This document shows positions 29,343 to 37,918 of a stretch of 64,000 nucleotides of DNA, in pieces (position 1 is the stretch's first letter; every line of letters begins with the position of its first letter). The position numbers and the translations under genes are program-made. The DNA is from an uncultured delta proteobacterium (GTDB lineage Bacteria; Desulfobacterota; Binatia; UBA9968): positions 1 to 64,000 of the forward strand of contig CAVSHR010000005.1 of the NCBI GenBank assembly GCA_963727625.1, in the 5' to 3' direction. Under the pieces are notes generated by a model that worked only from the letters and a program-made list of their open reading frames with translations, did no database searches and was not told where the DNA came from.

Positions 29343-29924
29343 CTACGCCGATTTTTTCGGAACGCGAAAGGCGAGGGTCGCGTAGCGATTTCCCTTCACG
29401 CCGAAGTCGCCGGCTTCGACCATGCGTAAACCAGCCACGTGGGCGATCAAAGAGTGCGGATTGTCGCGCGACACGAATGCGACGCCGATCTCGAATTGCC
29501 CCGCCAAATCTTTTTTCTGAGCTTCGTAAAGCCCGCGCAACAAACCGCAACCGCGATATTCGCGGCCGATGCAGACGGGGCCGTAAATGTAACTTTTGAA
29601 CGCGCTCAGCGGTCTGCCTTCAAAGGTCAACTGATTGTAAGATTCAAGCAGCTTGGCAACTACCGGCGAACCGGTTTCGAACTCCTTCCGAAACGCGCAG
29701 AGAAATCCGGCGACCTTTCCGTCGACGACGGCCACCATGGTGCCGAGATCTTCGGCGATCCGCGCGGTTTGCTCCAAGGAAAAGATCGCCGACAAAAATC
29801 CCCCCTTACGTTCCTCGGGGGACAGCTTGGCGATAAAATTTTCTTCGTTCAAACGAACAATCGCCGGGTAATCCGCCGGAACCGCACGTCTCAACTTGTT
29901 AAGCTTAGCCGTAGAGGTCGTCAC
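29343..29924 (-). CDS. GNAT N-acetyltransferase
   Basis: YGPVCI...YRG.GL acetyl-CoA loop; NPHS..AH. Confidence 0.82.
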   Translation of the reverse strand: MTTSTAKLNKLRRAVPADYPAIVRLNEENFIAKLSPEERKGGFLSAIFSLEQTARIAEDLGTMVAVVDGKVAGFLCAFRKEFETGSPVVAKLLESYNQLTFEGRPLSAFKSYIYGPVCIGREYRGCGLLRGLYEAQKKDLAGQFEIGVAFVSRDNPHSLIAHVAGLRMVEAGDFGVKGNRYATLAFRVPKKSA

Positions 29925-29949
29925 GGTAATTCTGCGCCGTCAGAAGCGC

Positions 29950-30474
29950 CTAACGGCCGGCGGGCCAGCTCCCGGTTTTGACCGAAGGTCCACCGCCGAC
30001 CATGTTCCTCAACATTTCGGCGACGAACCCGCCGAGGGCGCCGGCCGGGATCGCCGCAGCAAGGGACAGAGCCATGAACCAGTCAGGCAAATCGTTTTCC
30101 GCGCCGCCGGCCTGTAAAACCAGTCCAAGAATGATCGAACCGATGCCGACCAGCGCACCGTGTTTCATTTCCAGCGTGCCGGCTTTGTACGCGGCGTAAA
30201 ATCCGCCGATCAGCGTGCCCAGTGAGCCGAGAATCAAACTTGCTATCAAGCCTTCGCTGGAATTCCAATATTGCGCAAAGGCGTCTTCCACCGCGCCACC
30301 CTGGGCAGCTAAATCTTTAGCGACAAACAGGGCGTAATACGCCGAGACCAGCACGAACGTCGCCAGCGTATCGACGATGACGCCGGCAATAATGGGGCGA
30401 AATTGAATGCCGGTAAAGAAGCCGGTCGGCTCGATCCGCTCCGGCGGCGACGAGTGGTGTGGATCGTATTGCAT
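29950..30474 (-). CDS. Hypothetical membrane protein (about 4 TM)
   Basis: Four hydrophobic segments with GG motifs. Confidence 0.7.
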   Translation of the reverse strand: MQYDPHHSSPPERIEPTGFFTGIQFRPIIAGVIVDTLATFVLVSAYYALFVAKDLAAQGGAVEDAFAQYWNSSEGLIASLILGSLGTLIGGFYAAYKAGTLEMKHGALVGIGSIILGLVLQAGGAENDLPDWFMALSLAAAIPAGALGGFVAEMLRNMVGGGPSVKTGSWPAGR

Positions 30475-30643
30475 TTTGTCAATCAGTGCCCTGGAAAGTT
30501 TGCCCGCGTATTAAAGTTGTTTGCGCTACAGCCGATGCTCCTCGACAGGAACCGCGATGTTCGTATCAGCCAAGATCCTCAAGCCCGACCTGCCGCCGAA
30601 GCGCCGTCATTAACACTTCAAACATTTTGGGAATTGGCTTCGA

Positions 30644-31051
30644 CTATGTCTTTTTCCAGCGCGGCACCTTGTTGCGATTGGGAATTCCGTCGCCCAGCAA
30701 GGTGCGGCCGCCCAGTGGAAAACCCTTCGGCGGGATCGCGCCCAATATCATAAAAACGACGTCCTTCTTTGAGTCGTTGCCGAGTGCCCGCCATACCTTT
30801 GGACCGACCCGCACCACCGTTCCTTCCGGCATTCTGATCCGCTTGCCGTCGAGAATAATCGTACCGTCTCCCTTGAGCGCAATAAAGACCTCTTCTTGCA
30901 CCTTATGGCGGTGCACGTAAGTCGCCCCCTGCCCCGGCTTGCAGCGCACCAAGCTGAAGCCCACGCCTTTGCAGCCCATCGGTCGCGAGAGAAACTCTTT
31001 TTCTTTAACCCTGTTCAAGGGCATGAATTTTTTTGCATAACCTGCGGCCAT
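30644..31051 (-). CDS. Cupin domain protein
   Basis: HRHKVQEE...L.G.G and VRV.P...R motifs. Confidence 0.85.
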   Translation of the reverse strand: MAAGYAKKFMPLNRVKEKEFLSRPMGCKGVGFSLVRCKPGQGATYVHRHKVQEEVFIALKGDGTIILDGKRIRMPEGTVVRVGPKVWRALGNDSKKDVVFMILGAIPPKGFPLGGRTLLGDGIPNRNKVPRWKKT

Positions 31052-31183
31052 AAAACCTCCCCAACGGTTAATTCGCCTCCTAGCGTTTTGCCCGGAGCTC
31101 TACTGTCTATTTTACGGTTGACTTGCTATCTGCCATAAGGAAAATAACGTCACAGGAGACCAAAAGGCAAACATTTTGAATCT

Positions 31184-31660
31184 ATGTTCCATCGTTTTCG
31201 CTACGAAGCCGAGTTTTATCCGACGCTGAGCCGCTTGCCGCTCGACGTGCGCAGGAAGCTCGATTTGATCGGGATCAAACTCTCACTTAAGGATTGGCTC
31301 GCGTATAGCCTCGAAGAGCGCAACGTGCTTTGCCACCTGCCGGTGGAAAGCGCCGACGAGCGCCGGGTCTTCACAGACTACCTCGATTTTCTCTCGCGAA
31401 AATACCAAGGCAAAACCGCCGAGATCACCGGGGCGATGGACAGCGCGCTGTGGAGCGCCGCGCAAGTTCCTGAGCCGGTAGCGCAAAGGAGTGCGGCGTG
31501 CGGGAACGCGGTGAGCCTGGGAGAGTGGAGCGGCTGGCAACCGTACCAGCGCTATGCGTTGTACAAAACCGCCGTATCGACGAAGCAACCGGAGGCGTTC
31601 GTCGGCGTGCTCGAAGAGTTGCGAGCATCGAGCCCGCCGCAAACCAAAGTTGGCACCTGA
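31184..31660 (+). CDS. Nitrate-reductase-associated protein (NarM-like)
   Basis: F.YE.EF...L..LPL.VRRKLDL.GIKL.L..W...S.EER and W......QRYAL.K resemble the cyanobacterial NarM family. Confidence 0.75.
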   Translation: MFHRFRYEAEFYPTLSRLPLDVRRKLDLIGIKLSLKDWLAYSLEERNVLCHLPVESADERRVFTDYLDFLSRKYQGKTAEITGAMDSALWSAAQVPEPVAQRSAACGNAVSLGEWSGWQPYQRYALYKTAVSTKQPEAFVGVLEELRASSPPQTKVGT

Positions 31661-33633
31661 TGGCCGCGCTTGAGTCCAAGGACTCCTGGCTCTCTCCCGT
31701 CCTTTCCTTCGGCCTGATCAAGGCGAAGCTCTGCTGCGATTTGCTCGGCGTGCTCTGGAACAACCGCAAGGAATTCCCCTACGCCTGGAACCTGCTCAAT
31801 CACGGCGTGTGCGACGGCTGTTCGCTGGGACCCTATGGGCTGCGCGACAACGTGATCGACGGCGTGCATCTGTGCATGTCGCGGCTCAAGCTGCTCAAGC
31901 TAAATACCATGGCGGCTCTCGATCCGTCGGCGTTGACTGACGTGACTCGTTTGCGCGGCCTGCGTCCGGAAAAGCTCCGAGCCCTCGGCCGGCTGTCGCA
32001 CCCGATGGTGCGCCGCGGCGGCGAGCAGGGTTTCCAATGTGCGTCTTGGGACCAAGCGCTCGAACTCGTCGGCAAAGCGATCCATGACACTGCACCGCAC
32101 GAGATGGGTTTCGTCGCCGCCTCCCACAGTTTGACCAACGAAACCTACTATACTTTCCAGAAATTGGCGCGCGTGCTCGGCACCAACAACGTCGATCTCT
32201 GCTCCTGTCCCGGCCACGCCGCCGCCGCTTCCGGCTTGAAAGCGACGCTAGGTGTCGGTGCGCCGACATGTTCTTTGTCCGATTTTATCGGCACCGACCT
32301 GCTGGTCGTTTTCGGCGCGGATCTCGCCGACAACCAACCGGTCACCGGCAAGTACCTGCGCTACGCGCGGCAGGTCGGCACGCGCGTCGTGGTTGTCGAT
32401 GGCGCGCCGGAAACCGGCCTTAGGGAAGACGGCGTGCCCGCAACGGTGAGCCGCGCCCTTTTCCGCGCAAAGTTAATCGATGACTTCTTCCGGGTCGGTA
32501 AAGGGGGAGAAATCGCCTTCATCAATGGCGTGCTCAAGGTTTTGATCGCCAACGAGCTGCTCGACCGCGGCTATGTCGATCAGCACACCGCCGGCTTTGC
32601 CGGCTTGAAGGCTGCCCTCGACCGGCAATCCTGGGAACTGCTTGAGCAACGCTCCGGCCTTGCGCGCAGCGAGATGCAGAGATTCGCTCTGCTCTACGGC
32701 CAGGCGCGCTCCGCGGTCATCGTCTTCACCATGGGACTTACGCAGCAAGAGTGCGGCGCCAATAACGTTAAGGCCGTCGTCAACCTCGCGCTCGCGCGCG
32801 GCATGCTCGGCCGCGAACGGTGCGGCGTCATGCCGATCCGCGGCCAGAGTGGTGCCCAGGGCGCAGGGGAATGCGGCGTCGCGGCGGATAAGTTTCCCGG
32901 TGGTTATTCAATCAATGACGATACTGCGCGCAGGTTCTCCAACCTCTGGCATCATCCGGTCCCTTCCCAGCCCGGACTCAACGCCCGGGAGATGATCGAG
33001 ACTGCGCATCGAGGCGAAATGAAGTTTCTTTACGCCGTCGGCGGCAACCTGTTCGACACCATGACCGATGGGCATTTCGTCGCCGACGCGCTTGGCCGCG
33101 TTTCCATTCGGGCGCATCAAGTCCTGGCGCTCAACCCATCCATGCTGGTTGAGGGCGAACAAACCGTGGTGCTGCTGCCGGGACAAACCCGCTACGAGCA
33201 GAAGAGCGGCGGCACCTCGACCAGCACGGAAAGAAGAATTCGCTTCACCCCGGAGATCCCCGGGCACACTCCCGGCGAGGCGCTGCCTGACTGGGAAATT
33301 CCCTCGCTCATCGGCCGCAAGACCATGCCCAACGGCGACAAACTTTTTCCGTTCAATGACACTCAGTCGATCCGTGAAGAAATGAGCCGGGTGATGCCGA
33401 TCTACCAGGGCATCGAAAAGCTCACACAAGAAGGCGACCATTTGCAATGGGGCGGGCCGGAGCTGCATCGAGACGGATTCACCGCCATGCCGAACAACCG
33501 CGCGTTGTTTACGCCTCTGGACCCGCCGGATCCGAAACCCGCGGAGCGGGAATCCGAGCGCGGCAACCAGCGCGACGAGGCGATCGGCACGACAGCCTCC
33601 ACCCATTCCAAAGGATCGGTCAACCAACCGTGA
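31660..33633 (+). CDS. FdhF/YdeP-type molybdopterin oxidoreductase, atypical (altered Mo-ligand motif, no C-terminal domain)
   Basis: GVCDGC, HLC, GRL..PM, MG.TQ, RGQSG.QG and TSTERR motifs. ATG at 31660 overlaps the upstream TGA. Confidence 0.85.
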   Translation: MAALESKDSWLSPVLSFGLIKAKLCCDLLGVLWNNRKEFPYAWNLLNHGVCDGCSLGPYGLRDNVIDGVHLCMSRLKLLKLNTMAALDPSALTDVTRLRGLRPEKLRALGRLSHPMVRRGGEQGFQCASWDQALELVGKAIHDTAPHEMGFVAASHSLTNETYYTFQKLARVLGTNNVDLCSCPGHAAAASGLKATLGVGAPTCSLSDFIGTDLLVVFGADLADNQPVTGKYLRYARQVGTRVVVVDGAPETGLREDGVPATVSRALFRAKLIDDFFRVGKGGEIAFINGVLKVLIANELLDRGYVDQHTAGFAGLKAALDRQSWELLEQRSGLARSEMQRFALLYGQARSAVIVFTMGLTQQECGANNVKAVVNLALARGMLGRERCGVMPIRGQSGAQGAGECGVAADKFPGGYSINDDTARRFSNLWHHPVPSQPGLNAREMIETAHRGEMKFLYAVGGNLFDTMTDGHFVADALGRVSIRAHQVLALNPSMLVEGEQTVVLLPGQTRYEQKSGGTSTSTERRIRFTPEIPGHTPGEALPDWEIPSLIGRKTMPNGDKLFPFNDTQSIREEMSRVMPIYQGIEKLTQEGDHLQWGGPELHRDGFTAMPNNRALFTPLDPPDPKPAERESERGNQRDEAIGTTASTHSKGSVNQP

Positions 33634-33669
33634 ACGACAGATAATCCGTGGGGGGAGAATTAACCTATC

Positions 33670-34131
33670 ATGATCTCGCTGCTCGTCTTTATCGCGTTCG
33701 TGGCTGCGGCGGCTGTCGTCGGCAGTCAATTCGGTCCCGGCCCGTGGTACTTGGCGTTGCAAAAACCCAACTGGACGCCGCCGAACTGGCTCTTCGCCCC
33801 GGTGTGGACGCTGATCTACATCGGCATCGCCGTGGCCGGCTGGCTCACCTGGCGCGCCAACAGCACGGATCGTGCCAGGCCGTTAGCACTCTGGTTCGTT
33901 CAGCTGATTTTGAATGCTCTTTGGTCATGGATCTTTTTTGGGCTGCAACGGCCGGACGTCGCGTTCGCCGATATCGTCTTATTGTTCATGTTCGTCTGCG
34001 GGTTCATATTGAGCATCAGAAAAACAAGCCCGGCGGCAGCTTGGTTATTTTTCCCCTATGCGCTCTGGGTAGGCTTTGCCTCGGCACTGAACTTTACAAT
34101 TTGGCGGCTGAATCCTATGACTCCCGGCTGA
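33670..34131 (+). CDS. tspO: TspO/MBR tryptophan-rich sensory protein
   Basis: WY..L.KP.WTPP.W.FAPVW, QL.LN.LWS.IFF and PY.LW..FA..LN motifs. Confidence 0.95.
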   Translation: MISLLVFIAFVAAAAVVGSQFGPGPWYLALQKPNWTPPNWLFAPVWTLIYIGIAVAGWLTWRANSTDRARPLALWFVQLILNALWSWIFFGLQRPDVAFADIVLLFMFVCGFILSIRKTSPAAAWLFFPYALWVGFASALNFTIWRLNPMTPG

Positions 34132-34185
34132 GCGCGGTTGTCGACATCAGCGCTTCCAATGTGATCCTTTCGCGGAGGATTAATT

Positions 34186-35346
34186 ATGCAAAAGACATCG
34201 AAGCAAGAACTTTTTCCGCGTTTTTCCAATACCGAATACACACGCCGTTACACTGCGATTCGCGAGGCGATGGACAAAGACGGTCTCGATGCGATCCTCA
34301 TCTCCGGCGGGCGGGGATCTTCCGAAGTCCACTATCTGTCGAATTATCTGGCTCAATCCCCCTGTTGGCTGTTATTTCCGCGCCAGCAAGCGCCCGCGGT
34401 ATTCATTCATTTTTTCAATCACCAGCCCTGCGCCCAGGCGCAGTCGATCATCGAAGATGTTCGTTGGTACGGTCCGGCGCCGATGCCCACGATCGCCGAA
34501 GAAATCCGCAAGCGCGGTCTCGACAAAAGCAGGATCGGCCTCGTGAGCATGCGCGCCATGGCCTACGGCCATGTAACAGAATTACAGCGCCAGTTTCCTG
34601 AAGCGGAGTTTATGGATTTCGGCTCGCAGTTCGGCCGCATTCGCCGGGTGCGCAGCGAAGAAGAATTGGCTTATCTCCGCAAGAGCGGCTATTTGACCGA
34701 CCTTGCCTGCGAAGCCTTGGAGAACCATCTGCGCCCCGGTTTGAACGAACAAGAAGTGCTGTCGATCGCCTACGGCGCTTATATCAAACAGGGCGGTGAT
34801 CCCGGCATTCATTTCATCGCGACCACGAACATGGACAGCCCCGACCGCTTCGTCCCCTGGCAAAAGCAAACCTTACGCATTTTAGAAAAAGGCAGCGTGG
34901 TCATCACCGAGCTCACGGTCAGCTACTGGGGCTACTCAACCCAGATTCATCGCCCCTTTGCCATCGGCAAAGAGCCGTCGCCGACCTATCGCAAGCTCTT
35001 CGACGCGGCTTTCGCTTGCTACGAAAACATCCGCAAGATCTGCCGACCCGGCACCAGCAGCGAGCAGATCGTCGCGGCGTCATCGGTGATCGAAGACAGC
35101 GGCTTCACTTCCTACGACAGCGTGTTTCACGGCGAAACGGGAAAATCTCCGGAACTCGGCACCCAATCGGCGGCTCACCCTCTCGAACCATGGACGCTGC
35201 AGAAAAACATGGTTCACGTCATCCAACCCAACCCGATTACAAAAGACTTTAAAGCCGGGCTTCAGCTCGGCGCCGCGGTGATCGTGAAAGCGAGCGGCGG
35301 CGAGCCGCTGCACAACTATCCATTCAAGTTTCCGATCTGCGGGTGA
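34186..35346 (+). CDS. M24/creatinase-like hydrolase
   Basis: Creatinase-type N-domain and R.V.SEEEL pita-bread fold. Most metal ligands are substituted. Confidence 0.82.
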   Translation: MQKTSKQELFPRFSNTEYTRRYTAIREAMDKDGLDAILISGGRGSSEVHYLSNYLAQSPCWLLFPRQQAPAVFIHFFNHQPCAQAQSIIEDVRWYGPAPMPTIAEEIRKRGLDKSRIGLVSMRAMAYGHVTELQRQFPEAEFMDFGSQFGRIRRVRSEEELAYLRKSGYLTDLACEALENHLRPGLNEQEVLSIAYGAYIKQGGDPGIHFIATTNMDSPDRFVPWQKQTLRILEKGSVVITELTVSYWGYSTQIHRPFAIGKEPSPTYRKLFDAAFACYENIRKICRPGTSSEQIVAASSVIEDSGFTSYDSVFHGETGKSPELGTQSAAHPLEPWTLQKNMVHVIQPNPITKDFKAGLQLGAAVIVKASGGEPLHNYPFKFPICG

Positions 35347-35803
35347 TTACGGCTCATGGGCAGGCACTAAGAGGCTAGGAGAGAGGCGGACTTCTCATTT
35401 TAGCAGTGCTTGATACAACTATGATTGGGGTTATCTATACTTAGACGATGAGATCGCATGCATCGGTTACAGCTTCTGCATCGCCAAGCGGAGTGCAGGG
35501 GGACTCAGCCTGCCCGAACGCCGCGGGCTGGAATTCGTCATCAACGAAATCACTAGAACCAGATCCCAAGACCGCCGGCGCAACACCGGGAAGCTTGAAG
35601 CCAGTGGAGCCAAGCATCTAGGCGAAGATCAAGGAGAACGGGTCGTCGAAAGAGTCAAAGGCTCGGCTGTGGATCCTGTGATCTTGCTGCGCCTTTCCTT
35701 AAGAGTCAAATATGCTAAATCATACAAGCGAAATAATCGCGATACGCCGTGAGAAATTATCAGCGCGTCGTCGCCAATCATTACGGTCAACCAAAGGATA
35801 CCC

Positions 35804-36118
35804 ATGTTCCGGACTTCCATCGGCCGTCTGCGCACCATCGGCCTTATCGAAGGCGTATCGTTTCTCCTATTGCTCGGCGTCGCCATGCCGATGAAATATT
35901 TCGCCGGCGTGCCCCAGGCCGTGACCGTCGCCGGCTGGCTCCACGGTTTGCTGTTTATGGCCTTCTGCATCGCATTGACTCAAGCCCATCAAGACGCGAA
36001 CTGGAGCCCCTGGCGCAGCGGGACCGTATTGATCGCCGCCCTGCTTCCCTTTGGCCCTTTCGTAATCGACAAAAAGCTCCGCGAGGAAGAGCACGCCTTG
36101 CACAAGCTTGACCGTTGA
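35804..36118 (+). CDS. DUF3817 membrane protein
   Basis: EGVSFLLLL..AMP.KY, G.LHG.LF and A.LLPFG motifs. Confidence 0.88.
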   Translation: MFRTSIGRLRTIGLIEGVSFLLLLGVAMPMKYFAGVPQAVTVAGWLHGLLFMAFCIALTQAHQDANWSPWRSGTVLIAALLPFGPFVIDKKLREEEHALHKLDR

Positions 36119-36161
36119 ACTCGGGTCAAAGAAACGAGCGCGACACCCCTGATTCGGAGGT

Positions 36162-36845
36162 ATGACATTGAAGCTTTATTACCACCCATCCTCGACCACC
36201 TGCCGGCCGATCATGCTGTTGGCCGCGGCGGATAAAATAGCCGTCGAATATCAACTCGTCGATCTTTTTACCGGGGAAAATTATCAGCCGGCGTTCACGG
36301 CCACTAACCCGAATCAAGCCGTTCCCTTTCTCGAAGACGGCGAGTTTCGTTTGGGCGAAAGCTCGGCGATCCTCAAGTATCTCGCCGACAAGCAAAACTC
36401 GCCGGTCTATCCGAAGGATTTGCAGAAGCGCGCGCGGGTCAACGAGCGTATGGACTGGTTTAACACCGGGCTTTATCGCGATCTGGGCTACGGATTTATC
36501 TATCCCCAGGTGATCGACGCCTACCGCTACCCTGAGGCTGAGATTCAAGCCGCGACCTTGGCCCACGCCCGGGAGAAGGCGAAAAAATGGCTCAAGATTC
36601 TCGATGAAAACATCCTTGGCGGCAAGAATTCCTTCGTTTGCGGTGATGGCCCGACGCTCGCCGACTATCTCGGCGCGTGCATGATTACGCTCGGCGAGGT
36701 GATCCGTCTCGATTATTCACCCTATCCGAACCTCGGCCGCTGGCTTGGCGCAATGAAGTCGCTGCCCTATTGGACCGCCGCCAACGAAGTTTTCTACACG
36801 CAGTTCGTCGCCATGTACAAAGATACCCAGTTCGAAGGATTATAA
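36162..36845 (+). CDS. Glutathione S-transferase family protein
   Basis: NP...VP.L.DG.F.L.ES.AIL.YL and TLAD motifs. Confidence 0.93.
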   Translation: MTLKLYYHPSSTTCRPIMLLAAADKIAVEYQLVDLFTGENYQPAFTATNPNQAVPFLEDGEFRLGESSAILKYLADKQNSPVYPKDLQKRARVNERMDWFNTGLYRDLGYGFIYPQVIDAYRYPEAEIQAATLAHAREKAKKWLKILDENILGGKNSFVCGDGPTLADYLGACMITLGEVIRLDYSPYPNLGRWLGAMKSLPYWTAANEVFYTQFVAMYKDTQFEGL

Positions 36846-36878
36846 TTCCGGCGCTGCCGGATCGAAGGAGGGCAAAGC

Positions 36879-37373
36879 ATGATCAAAGGACTGCATCATA
36901 ACGCCTACCGCTGCCGCGACTCGGAACAGACGCGGCACTTTTATGAAGACTTTCTCGGGCTCAAGCTCGCGCACACCCTCGAGATCACCGAAACCAAGAC
37001 CGGCCGCACCAGCCGCGTGCTGCATACCTTCTTTCAGATGGACGACGGCTCCTGTCTGGCGTTTTTCGAGGCGCCGGACATGCCCTTCAATTTCAAGCCG
37101 CAGCAAGACTTCGATCTTCACATCGCTCTCGAAGTCGACGAGCCGACGCTCGAGTCGATGTTCGCCAAAGGCAAAACGCAGGGTTTCGAAACCCGCGGCA
37201 TCGTCGACCACGGCATGGTACATTCCATCTACTTCAGAGACCCCAACGGCTATGTCATCGAGCTGACGGCGAAGATGCCGGGTCACGATGCGGCGATGAA
37301 TCCGTCTGCCAACGGCGCGCGGCAGATACTCGACAACTGGGAAAAGGCCAAGCAGAGTCGCGCCGCACCCTGA
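36879..37373 (+). CDS. VOC/glyoxalase family protein
   Basis: GLHH, HIAL and SIYFRDPNG..IEL motifs. Confidence 0.92.
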   Translation: MIKGLHHNAYRCRDSEQTRHFYEDFLGLKLAHTLEITETKTGRTSRVLHTFFQMDDGSCLAFFEAPDMPFNFKPQQDFDLHIALEVDEPTLESMFAKGKTQGFETRGIVDHGMVHSIYFRDPNGYVIELTAKMPGHDAAMNPSANGARQILDNWEKAKQSRAAP

Positions 37374-37378
37374 TTTCA

Positions 37379-37795
37379 ATGCGTCCGGTGATTCAGAGTG
37401 AAACTACCGGCTGCGGCATCGCCAGCGTTGCCGCCATCGCCGGTGTCAGCTACGCCAAAGCGACAAGGATCGCCGGCGATCTCGGTATTCGCGCTCAAGA
37501 CGAAAAACTCTGGTCCGAAACCGCGCCTGTGCGAAAACTTTTGCGGCATTTCCGTTATCACCCAGATCACGGCGAGCAACTCTTCCGCTCATGGAAAACC
37601 CTTCCTGACCTCGCCCTGCTCGCGATCAAATGGCATGTCGAGAAAAACCGCGCTTTTTGGCATTGGGTCGTGTTCGTGAGAGATAAAAAAAGCAGCTACG
37701 TACTCGACTCGAAGAAGACGCTGCGCAGCCACCGGCGTACCGATTTCGGCCGGATGAAGCCGAAATGGTACATCGGAGTGAAACGGCTGGCATAA
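37379..37795 (+). CDS. Stand-alone peptidase C39-like protein
   Basis: Q....GCG.A, HWVV and VLDS give a Cys-His-Asp triad. Confidence 0.72.
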   Translation: MRPVIQSETTGCGIASVAAIAGVSYAKATRIAGDLGIRAQDEKLWSETAPVRKLLRHFRYHPDHGEQLFRSWKTLPDLALLAIKWHVEKNRAFWHWVVFVRDKKSSYVLDSKKTLRSHRRTDFGRMKPKWYIGVKRLA

Positions 37796-37866
37796 TCCGG
37801 TATCGTTACGAATCGCCCTATACCAAAGCCCAAGGCCTCGACCGGTTAGATCCGCTCGATTTATTA

Positions 37867-37905
37867 AAGGAGACAGTCCCCTTCCGAGCGAGGGGCTGTC
37901 CCCTT
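37867..37905. terminator. Hairpin between convergent genes
   Basis: AAGGAGACAGTCCCCT...AGGGGCTGTCCCCTT. Confidence 0.55.
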
Positions 37906-37918
37906 CAAATAAAACCAT

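Noticed and set aside
31660-33633. Assimilatory nitrate reductase or a functional formate dehydrogenase
   Set aside because: The motifs are YdeP-type, the Mo-ligand motif is altered, domain IV is missing, and there are no nitrite reductase or nitrate transporter genes nearby.
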